In this document: in pieces, positions 35,039-44,787 of the stretch
Numbering within the stretch: the first letter of the stretch is position 1
Layout of the letters: the number at the start of each line of letters is the position of its first letter
Assembly (NCBI GenBank): GCA_017609645.1
Contig: JAFCDQ010000003.1
Span: forward strand, 148,846-212,845
DNA from: Candidatus Woesearchaeota archaeon
GTDB lineage: Archaea > Nanobdellota > Nanobdellia > Woesearchaeales > ARS49
DNA length: 64,000 nt
Direction: 5' to 3'
Program-made: the position numbers and the translations under genes
Notes under the pieces: model-generated
Databases searched by the model: none
Told to the model about the DNA's origin: nothing
Seen by the model: only the letters and a program-made list of their open reading frames with translations

Positions 35039-36100
35039 TCAAATAACTAAAACTTCTCCTAACTTTCCATCCTGAACCATCAATACCTTCATTGGAAGTT
35101 CTATCTTCTTCTCTTCATCATATTTTACTCCTTTAATTGCTAAATCATGTGAATTGACATAATCAATCAAGTCTAGTATATTTGATTCTGCATTGTTGCA
35201 AAGAACTTCTGCAAACATATAACCATATGCTGAGTAAACATTTGGTTCTTCTGAATATTTTTCTTTAAATCCTGATTGAAATGCAGGATCATATTCAATC
35301 TTTGCTATGCCTGTAAAATACACTCCTTCTAAGATATCTTCAAACTCTTTTACTTGGTCTTCTTCAACATCAGATCCTATTATTATCATGCCTTTATACT
35401 CTCTTTCTTTCAATTCTTTTACGATCTTGAAATTGACTGACGGTTTCATTGTTGAAACAAAGACAAATTCTGGATTTTTCTCAATTATTTTTGTTGTTAT
35501 TGTATAAAATTCACTATCTTTTACATTTATTTTACTTACGTCTAACAGATTAAGATTAAATTCTTCTGAAATCTTTGAAAGAAGTTCATTTATTGATTCT
35601 CCTACCGCATCATTTGCTAAAATAGAGTAAAAACTCTTCTTATTTTGCTTAACAGGAAATTCAAATGATTTCTTTAACTGATAATAAGGGCTTGGATAAT
35701 TACATATCATGTTTTCATATTCTAAGAATGAATCAGAACACATTGACATTGCTATGAAAGTATATCTTTTCTTATCTCCTTGTGCAGAATACAGTGTTTC
35801 TGAAGCCGCAGGTCCAAAAGGTCCATAAAAAGTATTAATTCCATCTACGCTAGACAATTTCTTGAAAGCATTGATTGTCTCTTTTGGCTGTCCTTTGTCA
35901 TCTTCAATAACAAATGCACAATCCTGCTCTGAACTGTAGAGATTAATCCCTTTAACTACATCATTTCCAAAGTTAGCAAAATCTCCGCTTAAAGGCAAGA
36001 TTGCTCCTATTTTTACACCTTGTGAGATAGGTAAAAGTAAAATAACACATAAAATCGCTATGATTAATAAAATTCCAATAATCCAAAGTTTTTTAGCCAT
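35039..36100 (-). CDS. LivK-like periplasmic substrate-binding protein, membrane-anchored
   Basis: N-terminal TM anchor followed by GVKIGAILPLSGDFANFG, typical of type I PBPs of the Liv family. Confidence 0.7.
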   Translation of the reverse strand: MAKKLWIIGILLIIAILCVILLLPISQGVKIGAILPLSGDFANFGNDVVKGINLYSSEQDCAFVIEDDKGQPKETINAFKKLSSVDGINTFYGPFGPAASETLYSAQGDKKRYTFIAMSMCSDSFLEYENMICNYPSPYYQLKKSFEFPVKQNKKSFYSILANDAVGESINELLSKISEEFNLNLLDVSKINVKDSEFYTITTKIIEKNPEFVFVSTMKPSVNFKIVKELKEREYKGMIIIGSDVEEDQVKEFEDILEGVYFTGIAKIEYDPAFQSGFKEKYSEEPNVYSAYGYMFAEVLCNNAESNILDLIDYVNSHDLAIKGVKYDEEKKIELPMKVLMVQDGKLGEVLVI

Positions 36101-36195
36101 GTGTAAAAAAAGTAAATAAAGGTATAAATAAGTATTCGTAAAAATTTACTAAGAAAAGTAGAAAAACGAACAAATCTTTGCTAATTTTAGTAAAA

Positions 36196-36203
36196 TTTAA
36201 ATA
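36196..36203 (+). promoter_or_regulatory. Candidate TATA box (TTTAAATA) 23 nt upstream of the ATG at 36227
   Basis: Same 8-mer and spacing as upstream of the genes at 1143 and 49035. Confidence 0.3.
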
Positions 36204-36226
36204 AGAATTACTTTTCTTAGACTAAT

Positions 36227-37177
36227 ATGAAATTAAAACTAGATAAAATAGATAAGAAGCTGTTGAGTTATTTATTTCATAACTTCAGAAAACCTATAAC
36301 TCAGATTGCTAAGAATTGCAGGATTTCTAGAGAGCAGGCAGAATATAGAATAAAGAAATATGAAAAATCAGGCTTGATTAACAGATATTTAACAGCTTTT
36401 AATTTATACATGTTTGGATACAGAGAACATTATACTTTGAGGTTGAGAGTTAAGAATCCTAAATCAAAAAATTTAGACAAATTATGCAATAAAAATATAT
36501 TAATATTCACCAGACTTCATTCTTTTGGTGAATGGGATTATATTTTGGCAATTTTTGCAAAAAATAAAACAGATTTCCTTAATTTCATTTCAACATTATT
36601 TAATTCATGGAAAGAAGACCTTCTTGACTACAGCATTTTCGAACCAACAGAAGTGCATTTTTATCCTCTAAAGATATTTGGTAAAAGAGAAGACGACAAA
36701 ACTCTGAGTTTTAAAGAAGATAAAGAGATTAAATTTGATGTTTTAGATAAAAAGCTCATGACAATTCTTGCTAAGAATGCTGATATCAAAATTGTTGATT
36801 TGGCAAGAAAACTCAAAGAAAAAGTAAAGACAATTAGTTACAGATTAAAAAGATTAGAGAAAAATATCATCGTAGGATATAGAATTTTCCTGGATTTAAG
36901 CAAAATAGGTTATAACCTAGCACAATTATCAATTAAATTAAATGATTTGTCAGATTCAACAGTAAGACAATTAAGACAATACGCAAAGCAAAGAGAAAGC
37001 GTGCATGCATTTAATTTAGGTATAGGAAAATATAACACAATGTTTCAAATTATTTATCAAAATCCTAAAGAAGTTAATGAAGAGATAAATAAATTAAAAG
37101 AAATATTCAAAGAAAAGATCATAGAATTTGATGTGACTTTTATTGATAAAGAATTAAGTCCCACATTATATCCTTAA
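36227..37177 (+). CDS. Tandem-duplicated Lrp/AsnC-family transcriptional regulator (two complete HTH plus RAM modules in one 316-aa chain)
   Basis: Both halves carry the AsnC-type HTH pattern (KIDKKLLSYL...IAKNCRISREQAEYRIKKYEKSGLI and VLDKKLMTILAKNADIKIVDLARKLKEKVKTISYRLKRLEKNIIVGY). Confidence 0.8.
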   Translation: MKLKLDKIDKKLLSYLFHNFRKPITQIAKNCRISREQAEYRIKKYEKSGLINRYLTAFNLYMFGYREHYTLRLRVKNPKSKNLDKLCNKNILIFTRLHSFGEWDYILAIFAKNKTDFLNFISTLFNSWKEDLLDYSIFEPTEVHFYPLKIFGKREDDKTLSFKEDKEIKFDVLDKKLMTILAKNADIKIVDLARKLKEKVKTISYRLKRLEKNIIVGYRIFLDLSKIGYNLAQLSIKLNDLSDSTVRQLRQYAKQRESVHAFNLGIGKYNTMFQIIYQNPKEVNEEINKLKEIFKEKIIEFDVTFIDKELSPTLYP

Positions 37178-38251
37178 CGGAACAATCTCTCCATCCTTTA
37201 TCTGCCACCACATGAACTTTCTTATCCCATCTCCTTTCTCGTCAATACTAAATATTCCACTCACACCTTCTCTATTCTCAATGTCATAAAGATATTCTTT
37301 CAAACAATTTGAATCTTCACACTTCTTTAAAGCATCATATAAAACCATGTAAGTATCATATCCTAAAGCTCCATACATCTCTTCTGGAATCTTTTCTCCG
37401 TATACTGCTTCATAATCAGCTAAGAATGTCTGCATTTTAGAAGAATCTAAATCATACTCATAAGTTATCACAATTAATCCTTCAGCAGTATCTCCCATTA
37501 AATTTTTGAGAACTTGTCTAGAAAAGAATGCTTCATTTCCTATTAATTGAGTTTCAATTCCTAACTCCTTTGCTTGTTTTACCAATAAAGTTGCTGAGAT
37601 GGGAGATTGTACTAAGAATAAAATAGCATCGGGATTTGTATTTTCTATTTTTGAAAGTTGGAGTTTAACATCTTTATCTCCTGAATCAAAATATTCAATC
37701 CCTGTAACCTCCTCTTCATAAACTTTTACAAAAGAATCTTTCCATCCGACAGCATAATCTGTATTTTCTACAATTATTCCTATCTTGCTATTTTTTTTAA
37801 TCATATTTGCTGTTTTCTCTGCAAATAAATCTGCTGAAGAAGATATTCTAAAAACATGATCTCCTGCGTCTGATATAGCAGGAGCACTTGCTACAGAAGA
37901 TATCAAGATTTTTTCTTCAGTTAATGGTGCAATAGCTAATGTTGATCCTCCGCAGATTGCTGAAACAATAATATCTACATTATTAACATCTAATAATTTC
38001 TTAGCAGCTGTAACTCCTTCTTTCGGTATGCATTTGCCGTCTTCAAATATAACTTCAATTTCTTTGCCATCTATTGAATGAAACTGTTTATTAGCAAGTT
38101 CAAATGAATTTTTAATATAAACTCCTGGATTTGCTACAGGACCGGTTAAAGGCCCAATAAAACCTATTTTGATTGTTTTCTCTTCAGGAACACAACTGAT
38201 TAAAAACAATGTTAAGATCATTAAACATAATATTTTCTTCATTTTAACCAC
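37166..38251 (-). CDS. LivK-like substrate-binding lipoprotein
   Basis: Lipobox LISC followed by KIGFIGPLTGPVANPG; 361 aa. Confidence 0.75.
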   Translation of the reverse strand: MVKMKKILCLMILTLFLISCVPEEKTIKIGFIGPLTGPVANPGVYIKNSFELANKQFHSIDGKEIEVIFEDGKCIPKEGVTAAKKLLDVNNVDIIVSAICGGSTLAIAPLTEEKILISSVASAPAISDAGDHVFRISSSADLFAEKTANMIKKNSKIGIIVENTDYAVGWKDSFVKVYEEEVTGIEYFDSGDKDVKLQLSKIENTNPDAILFLVQSPISATLLVKQAKELGIETQLIGNEAFFSRQVLKNLMGDTAEGLIVITYEYDLDSSKMQTFLADYEAVYGEKIPEEMYGALGYDTYMVLYDALKKCEDSNCLKEYLYDIENREGVSGIFSIDEKGDGIRKFMWWQIKDGEIVPLRI

Positions 38252-38349
38252 CTAGAAATAGTGTTATCGACGAGATATTTAAGTTTATGTTGTAGAAAAT
38301 CTACTACAATAAAGAAAGATTTATATATCTACTCCTCATATTATCTAGT

Positions 38350-39081
38350 ATGGTAACAAAAGAAGAAGCATTAAAAGAACTGAATTTAAGCGATAAAGAG
38401 GTAAAAGTATATCTATCATTATTAATGCTGGGCCAATCTACTGCTAACTCTATAGCAAAAAAAGCCAGATTAAACAGAGTCACAACTTATGATATTCTTA
38501 AAGCTCTGCTAGAAAGAGGTTTTGTTTCTTATGTTATCAAATCAGGCGTTAAACATTTTGAAGCAGTTGACCCTTCTAAATTTTCAGACACATTAAAAGA
38601 AAAACAAGAAAAAATCAAGGCAATTATGCCAGAATTAAAAGCAATAAAAGCGTCTTTGACAAAAAAACCTCAAGTAGAGATGTTTGAAGAGATCAAAGGT
38701 TTGAAATCAATCTTTAATGATATTCTTAAAGAAAATAAAGAGACTTTGTTTATAGGGGATCCTAAGATGTTAGATAAACTTCAATTTTATTTCCCTCATT
38801 TTATCAAACAAAAGAGAAAACAAGGCATATTCTCTAAAGTAATCACTTTTGACTGTCCTTCTATGAGAAAATACAAGAAACAATCCCCTAAAAAATACCT
38901 TAATATGAAATTCATAAAACAAGAAATAGAAATGACTAAAGTGATTTATGGCAATAAAGTTTCTTTCTTAACCTTTAAGGAAAAGAATTCTATTGGAATA
39001 TTGATTAATAATAAAGATATAGCTGATACTGAAAGAAAATTATTTGATATGTTGTGGAAACAAGCTCATTCTCCTAAATAA
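38350..39081 (+). CDS. TrmB-family transcriptional regulator
   Basis: N-terminal HTH LSDKEVKVYLSLLMLGQSTANSIAKKARLNRVTTYDILKALLERGFV matches HTH_TrmB; 243 aa. Confidence 0.7.
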   Translation: MVTKEEALKELNLSDKEVKVYLSLLMLGQSTANSIAKKARLNRVTTYDILKALLERGFVSYVIKSGVKHFEAVDPSKFSDTLKEKQEKIKAIMPELKAIKASLTKKPQVEMFEEIKGLKSIFNDILKENKETLFIGDPKMLDKLQFYFPHFIKQKRKQGIFSKVITFDCPSMRKYKKQSPKKYLNMKFIKQEIEMTKVIYGNKVSFLTFKEKNSIGILINNKDIADTERKLFDMLWKQAHSPK

Positions 39082-39785
39082 GCATCCAGCACTTTCTTAT
39101 TATTTTGTATTTGTTTAGGTTTGCCCGACGCTATAACTTCTCCTGCATCTAAGACAAATATATGATCTACTAAATCCATAACGAAGTTCATGTCATGTTC
39201 AATCAAAAACACTGTTTCTCCTTTTTTGTTTAAATTTTGAATTATTTTTTTTATTTGTTTCCTTAACTTTGGATTAACTCCAGCTACTGGCTCATCCAGC
39301 ATCAATAAATCATGTGGTTTGGCTAAAGCAACGCCTAAATCTAATAACTTCCTTTGTCCATATGATAAATCACTTCCTAAAGTATGTAATGGCTTAGTCA
39401 ATCCTATCAAATTCATTATTTCTTTTATTTTCCATTCAACATCTTTTTCTTTTGCAAACATTGATTCATCATTTGTTGACAAAGCCATCATGAAATGATC
39501 TTTTATTGTTAAATTCTTGAATAATCGAGGATCTTGAAATGTTCGAGAAATTCCCATTTTAGCGACTTTATTAGGTCTAAATTTATCAATTCGTTCTTGT
39601 TTAAATTTTATAAATCCTGAATTTGGTTTTATCAATCTTGAAATAACATCAAATAATGTTGTTTTTCCAGATCCATTTGGACCTATGAGCGCTGTAATTT
39701 TATTTTTCTTAATTCCTAAACTACATTTATTTAATGCTCTTACTCCTCCAAAGTTTTTAGTTATTTCATGCGCTTCCAATATCAT
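39066..39785 (-). CDS. livG: Branched-chain amino acid ABC transporter ATP-binding protein (LivG-like)
   Basis: Walker A GPNGSGKTT, signature LSYGQRK and Walker B LLMLDEP. Confidence 0.85.
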   Translation of the reverse strand: MILEAHEITKNFGGVRALNKCSLGIKKNKITALIGPNGSGKTTLFDVISRLIKPNSGFIKFKQERIDKFRPNKVAKMGISRTFQDPRLFKNLTIKDHFMMALSTNDESMFAKEKDVEWKIKEIMNLIGLTKPLHTLGSDLSYGQRKLLDLGVALAKPHDLLMLDEPVAGVNPKLRKQIKKIIQNLNKKGETVFLIEHDMNFVMDLVDHIFVLDAGEVIASGKPKQIQNNKKVLDAYLGE

Positions 39786-40654
39786 TCGAGATCAATCCTC
39801 CCAAATAATCCTTTTGGTCTATACAATAATATTCCTAATAATATCAATGCATAGAATATTTGTCTTAATGGTCCTAGTACTGTGCTTGGCAAATACAAAA
39901 ACCTCAATGCTTCTGGGATTAATATAATAATAAAAGTAGCTACTATTGTGCCTTTGATTGACGCTATTCCTCCAACTATTACTATTGTAAATATTAAGAT
40001 TATTTCAGCTAATGAAAAACTGCTTGGATCAATATAAGTTATGTAAGATGCAAATAAGCTTCCTGCTATTCCTGCAAAGAATGCGCTCAGCATCATTGAT
40101 TTTGCTTTTAATTTGAATGTATCTTTTCCTAAAACTTTTAAGCCTATTTCATCATCTCTCACGCCTTGTAACAATCTTCCAAATGGGCTTTTGACTATTT
40201 TATATATTAAAAACACTGTTATAACAGCTAATATTGTTACAAAGATGAAATAAGGCAGTAAGCCGCTGATTTTAAATCCAAATATTACTGGTTTTGGAAT
40301 TCCTGGTATTCCTAATGGTCCTCGAGTTAATTCTGTCAAGTTCAACATTAATGAATAGATTACAAAACTAAATCCTAATGTTGCTAATGCTAAATAATCT
40401 CCTTTTAATTTCCTTGTTGCCAGAACTAGTAAAAATCCAAATATAGCCGCTATTAAGCCTGATATAAAAAAAGCCATAATAAATGAAACTCCTGCTTTTA
40501 ATAATAAGGCAGACGTATAAGCGCCTATTCCAAAGAATGCTACATGTCCTAAATTTAATAATCCTGTAAAACCTAATGCTAAATTCAAACTCACTCCCAG
40601 AATTATGTAAATCGCAATCAAAATCCCAATATGCAGCAAATAAGATTCTATCAT
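39782..40654 (-). CDS. livM: Branched-chain amino acid ABC transporter permease (LivM-like)
   Basis: Polytopic membrane protein; operon position between livH and livG with 4-nt overlaps. Confidence 0.8.
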   Translation of the reverse strand: MIESYLLHIGILIAIYIILGVSLNLALGFTGLLNLGHVAFFGIGAYTSALLLKAGVSFIMAFFISGLIAAIFGFLLVLATRKLKGDYLALATLGFSFVIYSLMLNLTELTRGPLGIPGIPKPVIFGFKISGLLPYFIFVTILAVITVFLIYKIVKSPFGRLLQGVRDDEIGLKVLGKDTFKLKAKSMMLSAFFAGIAGSLFASYITYIDPSSFSLAEIILIFTIVIVGGIASIKGTIVATFIIILIPEALRFLYLPSTVLGPLRQIFYALILLGILLYRPKGLFGRIDLE

Positions 40655-41538
40655 TTCTTCACTCCTTTATTTAATCCAAACAAGCCTGTCGGTTTGAATA
40701 ATAAAAACAAGAATAACAGTAAGAATGTTATTGCATTTTTATATCCTGACGGCAAGAACCATACTCCAAAATTTTCTGCGCCTCCAATAATATAGCTTCC
40801 TAATACTGCAGCAGGCACTGATGTTATTCCTCCTATTACTGCTCCTGTGAAGCCTTTTATCATCAGGCCCATTCCCATTGTTGGTTCTAGGTTTTGTTCC
40901 ATTCCTATTAGTATTCCAGCAAATCCTGCCATTACTGTTCCTAAAATAAATGCTAATGCCATGATTTTTTTAGAGTTTAATCCCATGATTTCTGATAATT
41001 CTGGATTGTCTGCTACTGCTCTCATATCTCTTCCTATTCTTATTTTATGCATGAATAACCATAATAAAACTAATAATAACACTGACGCAATTATTATTAC
41101 TAATTGCAATGGTGTTATGACCGCTCCTAAGAATTTGATTACATGAACTCCTTTGATATAACCTATTGTTTTTACATCTGCTCCATAAGCCATCAAAATT
41201 AGATTTTCAAATAATATCAGCAATCCTACACTTGCTATCAATAAAACTATGCTTGATGATTTTCTTTTCATTAAGGGGCTGTATATTCCTTTATACATCA
41301 AGTAGCCAAATAATCCTGTTATGATTAAAACTAAAATACAGCTGATTAAGAAAGGTATATGTAATAATGAGTACATCTGGAAGAGCATATATGCTCCTAT
41401 TACGACACTCACTCCGTGTGCAAAATGCATAAATCTGCTTGTTGAATATATTAAACTAAATCCAGAAGCCACTAATGCGTATATGCTTCCTGCTATTAAT
41501 GAGTTAACCAGCAACTGAACAAATATATTAAATGCCAT
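40651..41538 (-). CDS. livH: Branched-chain amino acid ABC transporter permease (LivH-like)
   Basis: Polytopic membrane protein; first gene of the livHMG block. Confidence 0.8.
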   Translation of the reverse strand: MAFNIFVQLLVNSLIAGSIYALVASGFSLIYSTSRFMHFAHGVSVVIGAYMLFQMYSLLHIPFLISCILVLIITGLFGYLMYKGIYSPLMKRKSSSIVLLIASVGLLILFENLILMAYGADVKTIGYIKGVHVIKFLGAVITPLQLVIIIASVLLLVLLWLFMHKIRIGRDMRAVADNPELSEIMGLNSKKIMALAFILGTVMAGFAGILIGMEQNLEPTMGMGLMIKGFTGAVIGGITSVPAAVLGSYIIGGAENFGVWFLPSGYKNAITFLLLFLFLLFKPTGLFGLNKGVKK

Positions 41539-41687
41539 TATTTCCTTTTTCTTTTAAATTCAGGCATATTTGTTTTTAAAATTTTGCATATCAGAAGAAG
41601 GGAAAAATAAAATTTAATGCACTAAACGTATTTAAATTTTTAATTGAGCCAATCTCTTCGCATTTTTAATAAAAACTTTTTTAAATG

Positions 41688-41701
41688 CCGAATATATACG
41701 G
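41688..41701 (+). promoter_or_regulatory. Candidate operator CCGAATATATACGG between the TATA-like TTTTTTAAAT and the probable start codon of the HTH_10 regulator
   Basis: Imperfect palindrome. A related copy, CCGAATATGTTCGG, lies at 42380-42393 upstream of the adjacent LivK-like gene. Confidence 0.4.
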
Positions 41702-41708
41702 TTATTGT

Positions 41709-42368
41709 ATGTGGTATATAAAATTCAAAATAAAACATAGTGATTGTGTTTATGCGCCAGAATTAGAAAAGTTAAAGCTTTCAGTATTTTTCTATCCATT
41801 AGGAAATTATAAAAAAAAGGGCTTTATTTTTACTTCGGCTCTTCAAAAAATTTCTGGAAAAGCAAATTCCATTAAAAAATATTTTACTTATCTAAAAAAG
41901 CATAAGAATACTCTAAGAATAGAACAATATGAGAATACTATTTTTACATTAGTTAAACATAAAAAAGTGAAAACAACTTATGAAACAATGTATAATCCTG
42001 CTTTAATATATCCTGCTCCTGCTTTTTTAGACAAAAAAGGATTTGAAATTTGGGAAATTGCTTGCTGGGACAGGAAACCATTAGAAACTTTAATCAGTGC
42101 AATGTCAAAAAGTAAGACAACAATCAGTTTTGAACTTCTTTCTTTTGTAAAAAGAACCCTGCATGAGGTATATATCCTTAATTTGCTTCCAAAATTAAGT
42201 CCAAAACAAAGAGAGGCGATTGAATTAGCTTACAAAGAAGGATATTATGAATATCCCAAAAAAACAGATCTTAATAAGCTTGCAAAAATGATGAAGGTTG
42301 GAAAGTCAACATTTCAAGAGCATCTAAAAAAAGCTGAAAAAAAGATTATTCCCAGATTAATTGAATAA
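41709..42368 (+). CDS. Transcriptional regulator with a C-terminal HTH_10 (bacterio-opsin-activator-type) domain
   Basis: C-terminus LSPKQREAIELAYKEGYYEYPKKTDLNKLAKMMKVGKSTFQEHLKKAEKKII. I chose the Met at 41709 (MWYIKFKIKH) as the start because it aligns with the paralog N-terminus MWIAKFKFKH; the track begins at the ATG at 41685. Confidence 0.7.
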   Translation: MWYIKFKIKHSDCVYAPELEKLKLSVFFYPLGNYKKKGFIFTSALQKISGKANSIKKYFTYLKKHKNTLRIEQYENTIFTLVKHKKVKTTYETMYNPALIYPAPAFLDKKGFEIWEIACWDRKPLETLISAMSKSKTTISFELLSFVKRTLHEVYILNLLPKLSPKQREAIELAYKEGYYEYPKKTDLNKLAKMMKVGKSTFQEHLKKAEKKIIPRLIE

Positions 42369-42379
42369 ATTTTAGAATA

Positions 42380-42393
42380 CCGAATATGTTCGG
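42380..42393 (+). promoter_or_regulatory. Second copy of the CCGAATAT-N-T-CGG motif (CCGAATATGTTCGG), about 85 nt upstream of the LivK-like gene at 42479
   Basis: Inverted-repeat arms CCGAA/TTCGG, preceded by the TATA-like TTTTAGAATA. Confidence 0.4.
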
Positions 42394-42478
42394 ATAAAAT
42401 GTTTTCTACTGCAAACTATCTTCTAAATAACAAAATGAATTGTTACGGGAAAATTTGATGGAAATATAAGGTAAAAAA

Positions 42479-43600
42479 ATGATGAAAAAAATTTTTGCAA
42501 TCATTCTAACATTCCTATTAACCTTAACATTTCTAGCAGGATGTTCACCAGTTAATCAAGAAGAGACTATTAAAGTTGGATTTGTATCTACTCTTTCAGG
42601 TGAAGCAGGTTCTTGGGGTCAACAAGTAAAAAAAGGTTTTGAATTTGCTCTGGAAGAGATTAATACTAACAAGCTTTTAGGAGACAAAAAACTTGAAATT
42701 TTCTATGAAGATGATTTTTGTGATGCGACAAACGGATTAACAGCATTTAATAAATTAATAGATGTTAATGATGTTCAGATAATTGTTGGAACTGTTTGCT
42801 CTTCTGTTGCAATGGCAGTATCAGAGAAGACTCAAAGTAATCATATATTATATCTAGCTTCTGCAGCTACAAATCCTGAAGTAACAGAACAAGGAGATTT
42901 TATATTTAGATTATGGGCTTCAGATGACTATGATGCAAAAGCTATCGCTCAATTTGCTGTTAATGAATTAAGATTAGAAACATTTGCAGTTACTTATGTT
43001 AATGATAATCCTGCAGGCCCCATATTAAAAGATGCTTTTAAAGAAACAATTCTAAAAAAAGGAAAAAAGATTTTGGCAGAAGAATCCTATTCTTCAAAAG
43101 AGACTGATTTTAAAACACATTTAATTAAGATTTTACAAAAAAATCCTGAAGCAGTTTATTTAATGACTAATCCAGAAAGGACTGATTTAATCATAAATCA
43201 AATAAGACAACTAGGTTTTGAGGGCATAATATTTGCTTACGGACCTTCGATCACTTCTGAAGGCGTGGTTGAAAAGATTAAAGATAAAAAAGATATATAT
43301 TATGCTTTGCCGGTTTCAAAACAGGAGACACTATTTTGGAATAAATATAAAGAGAAAAAAGGCGAAGATGCAGATTCTCTCGTGGCTTTAGGTTATGACA
43401 GTATGAAAATTCTTGTTGATGGAATTAAAAAATGTGATGTTGATACTGGGTGTTTAAGAGAATATCTGCTAAAGCTAAAAGATTATGAATCTGCAAGAGG
43501 TAAATTAAACTTTGACTCTGAAGGAGCTTTGACTAATATTGAATTTGAAGTGAAAAAAATAAAATTTAAACCTTACCCAATTCTCCATTCACAACTTTGA
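42479..43600 (+). CDS. LivK-like substrate-binding lipoprotein
   Basis: Lipobox LAGC followed by IKVGFVSTLSGEAGSWG; 373 aa. Confidence 0.8.
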   Translation: MMKKIFAIILTFLLTLTFLAGCSPVNQEETIKVGFVSTLSGEAGSWGQQVKKGFEFALEEINTNKLLGDKKLEIFYEDDFCDATNGLTAFNKLIDVNDVQIIVGTVCSSVAMAVSEKTQSNHILYLASAATNPEVTEQGDFIFRLWASDDYDAKAIAQFAVNELRLETFAVTYVNDNPAGPILKDAFKETILKKGKKILAEESYSSKETDFKTHLIKILQKNPEAVYLMTNPERTDLIINQIRQLGFEGIIFAYGPSITSEGVVEKIKDKKDIYYALPVSKQETLFWNKYKEKKGEDADSLVALGYDSMKILVDGIKKCDVDTGCLREYLLKLKDYESARGKLNFDSEGALTNIEFEVKKIKFKPYPILHSQL

Positions 43601-44681
43601 ATGAATCAAAATCTACCAAGATATCTCCGTTCTCATCAAATGTTATCTCTTGCATTAATCCTTTCCATCCTTTTGTGTTATATAATTCTTTTTTGATGCA
43701 ATCAGTATCTTCTCCGCATTTTTCCATTTTTTCTGCTAATAGAAATAATCCGTCATATAATGTTGCACAAAACACTCCTACATCACATCCAATTGTTTCT
43801 TGTAAATATTTGAAACCTTCTGTTGTTTCATCAAAATGCTGTTTTTGTATAATCATTCCTTCCATATAATCTTTTCCCTCATTTAAAGTATCTCCTAAAC
43901 TAAACATTTCAGCTCCGTAAAGTTTTGCTGAAATATCTTGTTCTTTAACTTGTTTTGCAAAAAGAATTGCTACTGGAATTGTTTGCGGAACTAAATATAT
44001 TGCATCAGGTTCTGATTGTTTTATCTTTAACAATTGCACTCTGAATTCTTTTTCATCAGAATTTACTAGCTCATCTGCAACTATTGTTCCGCCGAATTTA
44101 ACAATTTCTTCTTTGAATTTTTCTCTTAATGCTTGGGCATAGTCAGTATTTTCAGAAAGTACCGCTATTTTTTTGTTTTCTTGTTCAATAACTTTTTGTG
44201 CAGCTACTATTGCTTGATGAACATCTGAACCAACATTTCTAAATATATATTCTCCTGCAGTTGTGATTTCAGGGCTTGTTGATGCTGGCGATAAGAATAT
44301 TATTTTTTTTTCTTCAACAAAAGGCGCAGCTCCTAATGTTTCGCCTGAACAAATTCCTCCAAAAATAGTTTTCACGCCTTTTAAATTAACTAATGTTTGT
44401 GCTGCTGTTAACCCATCTTTTGGATTGCATTTGCCATCTTCAAAAAGCAGATTGAATCTGATATTTTTTTTCTCTTTCTTCAATTTTTCATTTAAGTCTT
44501 CTAATGCTTTCTGTGCTATTTTTTGCCCAATCAAACCATGAAAAGCACCATCTCCTGTTAATGGAAATATTGCGCCTATCTTATAGACTTTAACTTTTTC
44601 TTTTATTGGTTGAGCAATTTGTGTTGTAGTACAAGCTGCCAAGAACAATAAAATCATTATGATTGTGATTATTTTTTTCAT
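43566..44681 (-). CDS. LivK-like substrate-binding lipoprotein (close paralog of 45771..46901)
   Basis: Lipobox LAAC followed by a TTTQ linker and YKIGAIFPLTGDGAFHG. Its C-terminal 50 aa are nearly identical to the paralog. Confidence 0.8.
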   Translation of the reverse strand: MKKIITIIMILLFLAACTTTQIAQPIKEKVKVYKIGAIFPLTGDGAFHGLIGQKIAQKALEDLNEKLKKEKKNIRFNLLFEDGKCNPKDGLTAAQTLVNLKGVKTIFGGICSGETLGAAPFVEEKKIIFLSPASTSPEITTAGEYIFRNVGSDVHQAIVAAQKVIEQENKKIAVLSENTDYAQALREKFKEEIVKFGGTIVADELVNSDEKEFRVQLLKIKQSEPDAIYLVPQTIPVAILFAKQVKEQDISAKLYGAEMFSLGDTLNEGKDYMEGMIIQKQHFDETTEGFKYLQETIGCDVGVFCATLYDGLFLLAEKMEKCGEDTDCIKKELYNTKGWKGLMQEITFDENGDILVDFDSFKVVNGELGKV

Positions 44682-44787
44682 TTTTACCTTCCCTTAAGTT
44701 ATAAAAATTAATAGTATCTACTTGTTAATTAAATATTTTATTGATTTTTTTAACAAAATGGAAATATTTATAAAGAATTAATACTTT

